Source: an uncultured Chitinophagaceae bacterium | GTDB lineage: Bacteria > Bacteroidota > Bacteroidia > Chitinophagales > CAIOSU01 | Assembly (NCBI GenBank): GCA_964518215.1 | Contig: CAZFFP010000002.1 | Location: 24,317-88,316, forward strand | DNA: 64,000 bases | Direction: 5' to 3' | In this document: piece after piece, positions 17,585-26,087 of the stretch | How the letters are laid out: each line of letters opens with the position of its first letter | Numbering within the stretch: the first letter of the stretch is position 1 | The notes under the pieces: generated by a model | Databases searched by the model: none | Seen by the model: only the letters and a program-made list of their open reading frames with translations | Told to the model about the DNA's origin: nothing | Translations under genes and position numbers: made by a program

Positions 17585-17628
17585 CCTCTCCCCTTTTCTA
17601 GGGGGGATTGCCCGAAGGGCGAGGGGGA
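17585..17628. repeat. GC-rich palindromic (REP-like) intergenic element
   Basis: The sequence is CCTCTCCCCttttctaGGGGGGattGCCCgaaGGGCGAGGGGG. It contains nested hairpins CTCCCC/GGGGGG and GCCC/GGGC and is a GC spike in an AT-rich spacer. Confidence 0.45.
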
Positions 17629-17760
17629 TAATGTTATCCTAACCAATGATAGCATGAAAAAACAATAAGACGTAATAAGTTCAGGTTGCAGTATTGGAAA
17701 AAGCATGGCTACACGCTCGTAGCGGATGTTTCAAAAGCGATGATAGTTTTCTGCCTATAC

Positions 17761-18585
17761 CTACGACTTATTAAACAAATGAACATCGCGCTGAGGGAAA
17801 GGAATGCTGATGCCTTTTTCATCGAAGGTAAGTTTCACTTTTTCTTGCAGTTCGTGATACAGGCTCCAATAGTCGGCACTATTGCACCAAGATTTTACAA
17901 TAATATTTACCGAACTGTCACCAAGGTCTTGCACGCCAATTACCGTTGCGGGGTCTTTCAAAATGCGGGCATCATTATCATAAATGCTTTTCAGAATTTC
18001 TTTTGCTGCAGGAATATTATCGCCATAGCTAATGCCAAAAATTAAGTCTAATCGTCTTTCCGCATGAGCGGAAAAATTCTTAATGCTGCCATTTGAAAGG
18101 GCACCGTTGGGAATAATAATTCGCTGACCGTGGGGCGTTTTCAAAATGGTGTAGATAATATCAATTTTTTCTACCGAGCCAAGGAAGCCTTGCGCCTCAA
18201 TAAAATCATCTATTTTAAAAGGACGAAAAACCAATATTAATACGCCTCCTGCAAAATTTGCCAGGCTGCCTTGCAACGATAAGCCAATAGCCAAGCCCGC
18301 GGCACCTAAAACAGCAATGAAAGAAGTAGTTTCAATGCCTACCATAGAGGCAACACTAATCAGCAGCAATACTTTTAAAATGATACCCGAAAGTTTTTGT
18401 AAAAATTGTTTTAAGGATTCGTCTAAATTGCTTTTGTCCATATTGGTTTTCATTACCCGCATCACCATTTTAATCATCCACCAACCAATGGCTAATACAA
18501 ATAAAGCAGCAATAATATTCAGGCCGTATTTAATCCCCAGCTCCATAAATTTTTCTAAAAGATTGCTGAATTCTTTTTCTCCCAT
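17761..18585 (-). CDS. small-conductance mechanosensitive channel (MscS family)
   Basis: 274 aa with three N-terminal TM helices, then the conserved MscS beta-domain (FRPFKIDDFIEAQGFLGSVEKIDIIYTILKTPHGQRIIIPNGALSNG). Confidence 0.85.
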   Translation of the reverse strand: MGEKEFSNLLEKFMELGIKYGLNIIAALFVLAIGWWMIKMVMRVMKTNMDKSNLDESLKQFLQKLSGIILKVLLLISVASMVGIETTSFIAVLGAAGLAIGLSLQGSLANFAGGVLILVFRPFKIDDFIEAQGFLGSVEKIDIIYTILKTPHGQRIIIPNGALSNGSIKNFSAHAERRLDLIFGISYGDNIPAAKEILKSIYDNDARILKDPATVIGVQDLGDSSVNIIVKSWCNSADYWSLYHELQEKVKLTFDEKGISIPFPQRDVHLFNKS

Positions 18586-18688
18586 GACTTTAGATTTTTT
18601 GTGTGGCGTTTAAATTACAAAGATAAATTTAAGTGGTTTTGAATGTTCCTTTCGATTTACATGTGCTATGAAATATTATTGCCCACAA

Positions 18689-18727
18689 AGGCGCGAAGAA
18701 AAGAAGAAGTGGTGGATGAAGTTGAAG
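18689..18727 (+). repeat. 39-nt purine-rich dispersed repeat, copy A
   Basis: The sequence is AGGCGcgAaGAAAAGAAGaAGTGGTGGATGAaGTTGaaG. It matches 20694-20732 at 32/39 positions. Confidence 0.55.
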
Positions 18728-18886
18728 GCTCTGTTGGTTAAGGCGGGCAATTAGTGAGCAAGTTGCCAATTCTGTATGGCATAGCTGCAGACTTTTGCCG
18801 GTATAAGGAATTAAAAAATAAAGCATTTATTTTTTCCAAAGTCGTTCAAATTGCAGACCTTTATTTTTAATCAGATAATCTGCCAC

Positions 18887-19600
18887 ATGCAATTTGTCCC
18901 ACATCAATTAAAACCTGTATTAAAAATCTCTCTTGCCATCAATCTTCTCATGGTTGTTGGCATCTTGTATATAGCAGTCAATGGAAAATATCATGTCAAG
19001 CAATTCTTTTTTAAAAATGTAATAGAAGTTCGCCATCAGCAAAAACTTTCAATGTTTCGGGCTTGCCCGGAAACGAAAGGAGCCATTATATTTCTCGGCA
19101 ACAGCATTATCGAGGGAGGTAACTGGAATGAGTTATTTCCCGAAAAATCTATTCTAAATAGAGGTATTGGTGGTGATGTTACTGCAGGTGTTTTAGCTCG
19201 ATTAGATGAAATTGTGAGGCATGAGCCATCGAAACTTTTCATCTGCATAGGCACCAACGATATTGCAAAAGGCCTGGATATACCCACTATCATCGCCAAC
19301 TACAAGTCAATTATTGAAACAGTAAGACAACAATCGCCCGTAACAGAAATTTATGTGCAGTCGGTTTTACCGGTGGGCAAAAAAGTATTCACCGGGCATG
19401 ATAACGAAAAAAATCTGCTCCTCAACGAGGCATTGCAGAAACTATGTACCAAACAAAACATCATCTATATAGACATTCATGCCGAAATGATAGATACCAA
19501 TGGTTACCTCAACCGAGCATACACCAACGATAATTTACATCTGATGGGAGAGGCTTATCTTTTATGGAAAAATAAAATTGAAAACCATCTGAACGAATGA
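18887..19600 (+). CDS. SGNH/GDSL-family hydrolase with N-terminal membrane anchor
   Basis: Block I FLGNSIIEGG, block III GTND and block V DNLHL. I prefer the ATG at 18887 to the TTG at 18851. Confidence 0.8.
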   Translation: MQFVPHQLKPVLKISLAINLLMVVGILYIAVNGKYHVKQFFFKNVIEVRHQQKLSMFRACPETKGAIIFLGNSIIEGGNWNELFPEKSILNRGIGGDVTAGVLARLDEIVRHEPSKLFICIGTNDIAKGLDIPTIIANYKSIIETVRQQSPVTEIYVQSVLPVGKKVFTGHDNEKNLLLNEALQKLCTKQNIIYIDIHAEMIDTNGYLNRAYTNDNLHLMGEAYLLWKNKIENHLNE

Positions 19601-20595
19601 AAAAACTATTTTCGCTACTCACAGCACTCTTGTTGTTTATTCTGAAAATTAATGCTCAACAAACAGGCGATTTTATCATTGCTTTTGCCAGCAATGACAC
19701 TCTGCTAGGTAATGATTCAGTGCGCATACATTTTCATGTTCCGGCTTCCTATCAGCCGGGCGCTGCGGCAAAACTTATAGTGGGGCTTCATGGCATTGGT
19801 AACCCACAAACCCCGGAACAGATACGTAATTATCTTTCTGAAACAGGCGATAGTATTGATGCTATTATTGCCTGCCCCGCACCTTATTTGGGAAATCTGC
19901 TTAAAACAAGCGTGGTGATTAATCTTACGATTGATTCGGTAAAGGCATGGTATAATATGGATACCAACTCGATTTACATTGCCGGATACTCAGCCGGAAG
20001 TGATATGGCAGCACAATATCTTTTGAATGAGCCGGCTCATAGGGTGAAAGGTTTGATTTGGTTTGCACCCGGCTTCTTTTATGAGCCTAACCTCTCGGAA
20101 CAACTTAGTTTTCCACCAACCTGTTTGTGCTTTGGCAGCGAAGATCCTGTATCGAATCTTTTAGGGCAAGTTACTTCAATAATTGACAGCTTTGATAATA
20201 GTCCGTTCCAATTGTTTTTCAATGAAATAGAAGGCGTGGACCACACAATGGAATTTGCGGGGTTTACCAAAGAAATGTTGGAGTGTGTGCGGTTTATAAA
20301 CGACCCCGACAATTTTGTTCCCGATGAACCCATAGCAAGTGTTAATGCACTTAATGAAAATAAAATGTTTAAAGTTTATCCCAACCCAACCAACAGCAAA
20401 TTGATTATAGACTGGGAATCAGTAGAAGAAACAGCAATGTTTAAATTATTTGATTTAACAGGCAATTTATTGATACATGGAACAATAACCCCGAAACAAA
20501 CAATTGATTTAAGCAATCAGCAACAGGGAATTTATTTTATTCATCTCACCACAGCAAAACACAGTGCAACGACAAAGATATTTATAGCGCATTAG
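19597..20595 (+). CDS. secreted alpha/beta-hydrolase (esterase) with T9SS C-terminal sorting domain
   Basis: Signal peptide MKKLFSLLTALLLFILKINAQ, nucleophile elbow GYSAGS, and a C-terminal KVYPNPTNSKLIIDW...GIYFIHLTT domain. The ATGA overlaps the previous gene. Confidence 0.8.
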   Translation: MKKLFSLLTALLLFILKINAQQTGDFIIAFASNDTLLGNDSVRIHFHVPASYQPGAAAKLIVGLHGIGNPQTPEQIRNYLSETGDSIDAIIACPAPYLGNLLKTSVVINLTIDSVKAWYNMDTNSIYIAGYSAGSDMAAQYLLNEPAHRVKGLIWFAPGFFYEPNLSEQLSFPPTCLCFGSEDPVSNLLGQVTSIIDSFDNSPFQLFFNEIEGVDHTMEFAGFTKEMLECVRFINDPDNFVPDEPIASVNALNENKMFKVYPNPTNSKLIIDWESVEETAMFKLFDLTGNLLIHGTITPKQTIDLSNQQQGIYFIHLTTAKHSATTKIFIAH

Positions 20596-20693
20596 TTGGG
20601 TTCTCTATTTGATGCTGCCTTTTAACTGCTTACCTCGAAATCTTGGAATTTGTTTATCTCTGATGCTGATAACCGGGCAGCGAGGCATGGGTT

Positions 20694-20732
20694 AGGCGTA
20701 AGGAAAAGAAGGAGTGGTGGATGAGGTTGGTG
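20694..20732 (+). repeat. 39-nt purine-rich dispersed repeat, copy B
   Basis: Identical to 18689-18727 at 32/39 positions. It lies about 55 nt upstream of ATG 20788. Confidence 0.55.
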
Positions 20733-20787
20733 TTTATGACTATTAGGGCTGTAGCTTTAAAGCTATTAATTAAATACCTTTACAACT

Positions 20788-21984
20788 ATGGAAAACACAT
20801 TGCCCGAAGGCGATTTCAGGCTTATTGCCAAAACTATTTTCGGTTTGGAAGAAGTGCTTGCCAATGAGCTGAAAAAAATGGGCGCAAGAGAAGTAGAAGG
20901 ACTCAACCGTGCCGTAAGTTTTGTTGGCGACTTAGGCATGATATACAAAAGCAATCTTTGCCTCAGAACCGCTCTGAGAATTTTGGTTCCCATCAATCAA
21001 TTTGAGGTGAGCAATGAAGACAGTTTGTATGAAGGTGTAAAAGCCATTAACTGGGAAGATTATATGGATGTAAACGACACCTTAGCCATAGATTGCACTC
21101 TGAATACCCACCTGTTTAATCACTCGCAATACATATCGCAAAAAGCGAAAGATGCCATTGCCGACCAGTTTAAAGAAAAACACAACAAACGCCCTAGTGT
21201 AGATTTAGACAAGCCTACCCTTCGTATTCAAATTCACATTTACAATACCACTTGCAGCGTGGCATTAGACAGCTCGGGCGAAAGTTTGCACAAGCGTGGT
21301 TACAGAGACAAAACCAACCTTGCACCCATTAACGAAGTGTTGGCAGCAGGATTGATATTGCTTTCCGGCTGGACCCAACGCAACACTTTTATTGACCCCA
21401 TGTGTGGCTCGGGCACTATACTTATCGAGGCAGCATTATTAGCTGCTAATATTCCCCCCGGATACTATAAAGAAGATTTTGGCTTTATGCGTTGGCAACG
21501 TTTTTTGGCTTTCAGTGAAGATTTGTGGAACACTATTTATGATGCCGCTGTAAGCAAAATTTCTTCTGAAACACCAAAAATATTGGGTGGTGAAATTTCG
21601 CACAACGTAGCCCGTAAAGGCAAACAAAACGTGAAGTTAGCCAAGGTGGAAGATATGGTGCATATTCGCGAATGCGATATTAAAGATTTTGAAGCCCCCG
21701 AAGGCGGTGGCGTAGTCATTATTAACCCTCCTTATGGCGAGCGCATGGATAAAGACGATATAAACGCCTTATATAAAAGCATTGGCGACACATTTAAGCA
21801 ACGTTTTTCAGGTTATGATTGCTGGGTAATAAGTTCCAACATGGAAGCACTGAAACATATAGGACTCCGCCCCTCGAGAAAAATTCAGATATACAACGGA
21901 CCATTGGAGTGCCGCTTTATGAAATACGAAATGTATAGAGGCACTAAGAAACTTCATAAGCTGGTAGATAAAGGAGAAGAGTAG
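20788..21984 (+). CDS. THUMP-domain class I SAM-dependent RNA methyltransferase (RlmL/COG0116-like)
   Basis: N-terminal THUMP-like region, SAM motif DPMCGSGTILIEAAL, and catalytic NPPYGERM. Confidence 0.85.
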   Translation: MENTLPEGDFRLIAKTIFGLEEVLANELKKMGAREVEGLNRAVSFVGDLGMIYKSNLCLRTALRILVPINQFEVSNEDSLYEGVKAINWEDYMDVNDTLAIDCTLNTHLFNHSQYISQKAKDAIADQFKEKHNKRPSVDLDKPTLRIQIHIYNTTCSVALDSSGESLHKRGYRDKTNLAPINEVLAAGLILLSGWTQRNTFIDPMCGSGTILIEAALLAANIPPGYYKEDFGFMRWQRFLAFSEDLWNTIYDAAVSKISSETPKILGGEISHNVARKGKQNVKLAKVEDMVHIRECDIKDFEAPEGGGVVIINPPYGERMDKDDINALYKSIGDTFKQRFSGYDCWVISSNMEALKHIGLRPSRKIQIYNGPLECRFMKYEMYRGTKKLHKLVDKGEE

Positions 21985-22203
21985 TTGTTTGTGAAATTTT
22001 ACAGGAAAATTGTTGCGCGCACGCTACAAAATATTACAAATTCTGATCAGCTCCATTTATGGAAAAACGCACATAAACGAAATGTTTCAGCAACCTCAAT
22101 TACATCATCTCACAGAACAGAATCATAACCATTTGAAAATGAAGGATTAATAACGCAACACTAATGGTTTTGAATATTTTCTTTCAGAAAAAATTGATGT
22201 TTG

Positions 22204-23514
22204 CTAATTCCTGCCTTTCAAAGCTCTTTGATACACCTCCATTGTTCTGTGACGGGTAATGCTGCGATCAATCATGGGTGGCGGATAATCAAGCGTGTCC
22301 AATTCAGGAACCCATTGACGAATGTATTTTATTTCGGAGTCGAATTTTTTGGCTTGTTCATTCGGATTGAAAATTCTGAAATAAGGCGCGGCATCTACCC
22401 CCGTGCCTGCCGCCCATTGCCAACCTCCATTGTTGGAGGCAAGCTCGAAGTCTAAAAGTTTTTGCGCGAAATAGGCTTCGCCCCAGCGCCAGTCAATCAA
22501 TAAATCTTTGGTGAGAAAACTTGCCACAACCATGCGCACCCGATTATGCATGTAGCCCGTAGCGTTCAGTTCTCTCATGCCTGCATCCACTAAAGGGAAA
22601 CCGGTTTTTCCTGCGCACCATTTCTGAAAATGTTCTTCGTTGTTGAGCCATTCAATATTATCGTATTCTTTTCTGAAAGCTTGTTTTGTTACCTGCGGAA
22701 AATGCCACAACACCGATTGATAAAATTCGCGCCAAATGAGCTCGTCAAAAAATTTTTCGCTGTGCTGTTTAGCCTGTCGCATGAGTTGGCGAATACTTAC
22801 TGTTCCGAAACGCAAATGCACACTGATGCGCGAAGTACCCTGAAGTGCGGGAAAATCCCTCTGCTCTTTATATTTCTTCATTAATTCTTCCGAAACATTT
22901 TCGGCAGGAAAAGAAATAGAAGTAGGGTGAAAACCCATTTGCTCTAAAGCCATTATTTCGGGTGCATTCCATTTAAAAAAATGATGGAAATAATTTTCGC
23001 AGGCATAACTGCTCAAATAAAAATCGTTGCATTTCGCTTTCCATTTTTTGCTGTAAGGAGTAAACACCGTGTAGGGTGTGCCATCATCTTTCAGCACTTC
23101 ATTTTTTTCAAAAATCACATGGTCTTTGAGCGTGTGTAACGTTGCGCCATGTGAAGCAAGTAAGTCGGCAATATTTTTATCTCGCTGTAAGGAGTAAGGC
23201 TCGTAATCGTGCGAAGCAAAAACTTCAGAAACATCATATTCTTCCAAAATAGTTTTCCAAATTTCCTCCGGAAAACCGTAATACACTTTTATGCCGCTAC
23301 CCATTTGTTGCAGTTGGCTTTGCATATCCGTAACGGCTCGATGAATAAAATGCACCCGAGCATCCTTGCGGTCTTCTAATTGGTCTAAAATATTTCTGTC
23401 GAAAATAAAAACAGGCAATACCGGACCATTGCTTTTGAGCGCCTGGTAAAGGGCGGCATTATCGAACAACCGGAAGTCGCGCCTGAACCAGCAAATATTA
23501 ACTTGTTGTTTCAT
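22204..23514 (-). CDS. deoxyribodipyrimidine photolyase / cryptochrome family protein
   Basis: The N-terminus reads ICWFRRDFRLFDNAAL. The FAD-binding C-terminus reads WRWGEAYFAQKLLDFELASNNGGWQWAAGTGVDAAPYFRIFNP. I prefer the ATG at 23514 (MKQQVNICWF). Confidence 0.85.
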   Translation of the reverse strand: MKQQVNICWFRRDFRLFDNAALYQALKSNGPVLPVFIFDRNILDQLEDRKDARVHFIHRAVTDMQSQLQQMGSGIKVYYGFPEEIWKTILEEYDVSEVFASHDYEPYSLQRDKNIADLLASHGATLHTLKDHVIFEKNEVLKDDGTPYTVFTPYSKKWKAKCNDFYLSSYACENYFHHFFKWNAPEIMALEQMGFHPTSISFPAENVSEELMKKYKEQRDFPALQGTSRISVHLRFGTVSIRQLMRQAKQHSEKFFDELIWREFYQSVLWHFPQVTKQAFRKEYDNIEWLNNEEHFQKWCAGKTGFPLVDAGMRELNATGYMHNRVRMVVASFLTKDLLIDWRWGEAYFAQKLLDFELASNNGGWQWAAGTGVDAAPYFRIFNPNEQAKKFDSEIKYIRQWVPELDTLDYPPPMIDRSITRHRTMEVYQRALKGRN

Positions 23515-23571
23515 AGAGTTGTTACAACAAGCCAAAGCAAAAAAAGTTATGGAACTGAAAAATTAAAACGC

Positions 23572-24849
23572 TTAATGGTTTTGCAGCCAAAGCTCAACCG
23601 TTGCATACACTTCGTTGAGTTGTTCTTCGGAAATGCAATAAGGAGGCATGATGTAAATAGTGTTTCCCAATGGGCGCAACAATATTCCCTTTTCAATAAA
23701 AAAATTATAAATGGCATCTCTTTCCTGATGAAAATAAGAACGCTCATCAGCTGACTGATAGTCGAAAGCCAATATGGTTCCCCGGTGCCTGATGTTATGA
23801 GCGTTGGAATATTTTTCGAGCCGTTTTACAAATGTAATGTGCGCCTGTTGAATCAAAGCCACTCCGTTGCAGGTTTCATCTTTTTCAAATAAATCGAGAC
23901 TCGCCAACGCAGCTGCACAAGCCACCGGATTGGCGGTGTAGGAGTGTCCGTGAAAAAAAGTTTTCATGCGGTCATCGCTCCAAAAGGCAAGGTAAATTTC
24001 TTTGGTGCAGGAAGTTACGCTCAGCGGCATGGTGCCTCCGGTAATTCCTTTAGACAAACAAACTATATCGGGCGATGTTTGGAGATAATCTGTAGCAAAC
24101 ATTTTTCCGGTGCGGGCAAAGCCGGTCATTACTTCATCGGCAATACACAACACGTTGTATGTTTTGCAAAGTTTCAGCAAGGTTTCCAGAGCTTCAGGCT
24201 CGTGCATGACCATGCCTACTGCACCCTGCACTAATGGCTCAAAAATAAATGCGGCTGTTTGGTTTTCTTTCAGAATATTTTCAAGCTGTTCGGCAGCAGA
24301 TGCTTCACTTCCCGCAACAGGCGCATCAATAAAACGAACATCGAACAATTGTTGAGCGAAAGGCTGCGTGTAAACGGAGCGTCCGCTCACCGACATAGCA
24401 CCAAACGTGTCGCCATGATAAGCGTTATTAAACGCCACTATATTTTGCTTTTCAAAGCCACGGTTGAACCAATACTGAAATGCCATTTTTACCGCCACTT
24501 CCACGGCAGTAGAGCCGTTGTCGGAATAAAATATTTTCGACTGATTTTCGGGCAGCAGTTTCAGCAATCGTTCTGCCAATTGCACTGCAGGCTCATGCGT
24601 AAACCCCGCGAATATTACATGCTCTAAGGTTTGCAGTTGCTCGAAAACTCTATGTGCAATATACGGGTGTGCATGTCCGTGAATATTCACCCACCACGAT
24701 GAAATAGCATCTATGTATTTCTTCCCCGACTCATCGAACAGATATACTCCCTCACCTTTTACAATCGGAATGGAATGGGCATACAATTTCATTTGTGTGA
24801 AAGGATGCCAAACCGATTGGAGGTCGCGTTGCTGAAGGGTGGGTTTCAT
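23572..24849 (-). CDS. bioA: adenosylmethionine-8-amino-7-oxononanoate aminotransferase
   Basis: 425 aa. It reads VWHPFTQMK...PIVKGEGVYLFD...ISSWWVNIHGH, with the PLP lysine context CLSKGITGG and the overall class-III aminotransferase layout. Confidence 0.85.
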   Translation of the reverse strand: MKPTLQQRDLQSVWHPFTQMKLYAHSIPIVKGEGVYLFDESGKKYIDAISSWWVNIHGHAHPYIAHRVFEQLQTLEHVIFAGFTHEPAVQLAERLLKLLPENQSKIFYSDNGSTAVEVAVKMAFQYWFNRGFEKQNIVAFNNAYHGDTFGAMSVSGRSVYTQPFAQQLFDVRFIDAPVAGSEASAAEQLENILKENQTAAFIFEPLVQGAVGMVMHEPEALETLLKLCKTYNVLCIADEVMTGFARTGKMFATDYLQTSPDIVCLSKGITGGTMPLSVTSCTKEIYLAFWSDDRMKTFFHGHSYTANPVACAAALASLDLFEKDETCNGVALIQQAHITFVKRLEKYSNAHNIRHRGTILAFDYQSADERSYFHQERDAIYNFFIEKGILLRPLGNTIYIMPPYCISEEQLNEVYATVELWLQNH

Positions 24850-25036
24850 GCGTTGATCATCGGAAAATTTAAAAGAGCCGAATCGGGGACAAACATAATA
24901 ATTAAGCTATTACAGCAAAATAAAACCAAATATTTTTCAAAATAGATTGTCATCTGATAGTAGCTGACACTACGAGGAGGTTTCTGGCTCCTTTATTATT
25001 AAATATAATGAGGAGATAAAGGTGGTCGAAACCAAA

Positions 25037-25076
25037 ATGTGTGAATGATGTAAGAATAATTTGAAATTATATAACG
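25037..25076 (+). promoter_or_regulatory. bipartite conserved motif, copy M1 (upstream of desaturase)
   Basis: ATGTGTGAATGATGTAA (25037-25053), an 11-nt spacer, then AATTATATAACG (25065-25076). A -7-like TATCATTA lies at 25097-25104. Confidence 0.6.
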
Positions 25077-25119
25077 GATGCTTACAGAAAAACCCGTATC
25101 ATTAACCAAAAAGCATCCG
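25075..25119 (+). promoter_or_regulatory. 5' leader hairpin ending 4 nt before the desaturase ATG
   Basis: A perfect 9-bp stem, CGGATGCTT (25075-25083) with AAGCATCCG (25111-25119), and a 27-nt loop. Confidence 0.4.
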
Positions 25120-25123
25120 CGTT

Positions 25124-25849
25124 ATGATTATTCTCATTTTTTTTATTGCCCTTTGGTATCTGTCCCTTTTTTCACAAACCTTTTTTTTGCACCGGTATGC
25201 TTCGCACCGGGCGTTTACTATGAGCCGATTTTGGGAACGGGTATTTTATTTGTTCTCTTATTTCACTCAGGGAGCATCATATTTAAGTCCTCGCGCTTAC
25301 GCTGTGATGCACCGTATGCATCATGCCTATACTGATACCGATAAAGACCCGCACTCGCCCAAATATTCTTCCAATGTATTTTCTATGATGCTGAGCACGC
25401 GCAATATTTATTCGGGGATTTATCGCGGAAGGATTCAGCCCGAAAAGCAGTTTCTGAAAAATATTCCGCAATGGGATGCCTTAGATAAAATTGGTGAATC
25501 TATATACTCGCGCGGCTTATGGACTGTATTCTATATTTTGTTCTTTGTGCTTTTTGCCCAATCGGCATGGCTCTATCTGCTGCTTCCTGTGGTTATTCTG
25601 ATGGGTCCGGTGCATGGAGTTATTATCAACTGGTTTGCACACAAATACGGCACTGTAAATTTCAAACTCAATAATACATCGCGCAATTTGTTGCCGGTAG
25701 ATTTTTTAATGTTGGGCGAGAGCTATCACAACGACCATCATCATGCCCCTTCAAATCCAAACTTCGGCTCGCGTTGGTATGAAATAGACCCGGTGTATCT
25801 GATTATTCTTGTTTTCAACAAACTAAAAATTTTGAGATTGTCGAGGTGA
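25124..25849 (+). CDS. acyl-CoA/acyl-lipid (delta-9-type) fatty acid desaturase
   Basis: Three histidine boxes (HRYASHR, HRMHHAYTD, HNDHHHAP) between hydrophobic segments. Confidence 0.85.
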   Translation: MIILIFFIALWYLSLFSQTFFLHRYASHRAFTMSRFWERVFYLFSYFTQGASYLSPRAYAVMHRMHHAYTDTDKDPHSPKYSSNVFSMMLSTRNIYSGIYRGRIQPEKQFLKNIPQWDALDKIGESIYSRGLWTVFYILFFVLFAQSAWLYLLLPVVILMGPVHGVIINWFAHKYGTVNFKLNNTSRNLLPVDFLMLGESYHNDHHHAPSNPNFGSRWYEIDPVYLIILVFNKLKILRLSR

Positions 25850-25912
25850 TACAAAACTCTCATCTTACTAAAGTAGTGTTGCAGTAAAACACTCTTTCAT
25901 CATTAATATTCA

Positions 25913-25955
25913 GCGGTCGGCAGACATAATTTTCTTGCCGACCGCTTTATTTATT
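25913..25955 (+). terminator. rho-independent terminator after desaturase
   Basis: 10-bp stem GCGGTCGGCA/TGCCGACCGC, followed by TTTATTTATT. Confidence 0.7.
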
Positions 25956-26087
25956 GCCTGTTGTTTTTTCTTTAAAAAATCTGTGAATCATGCAACAGAA
26001 TTTCAGAATTGTGTAAGTATTAATGCTTGATAGCTCATCAATTTTGTGTTCCGGAATATTCCATTTATTTTATTAAAACGAACCTCT

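Noticed and set aside
17398-17706. A 102-aa minus-strand ORF downstream of the helicase gene.
   Set aside because: It runs through the helicase terminator hairpin and the GC-rich REP-like palindrome. The PSPFGQSPLEKGRGS-type translation is typical of translated repeats. It also overlaps the 3' end of the helicase gene.
18629-18826. A 65-aa minus-strand ORF in the mscS/SGNH divergent spacer.
   Set aside because: It covers the 39-nt purine-rich repeat and has no motif. It sits where the two divergent promoters must lie.
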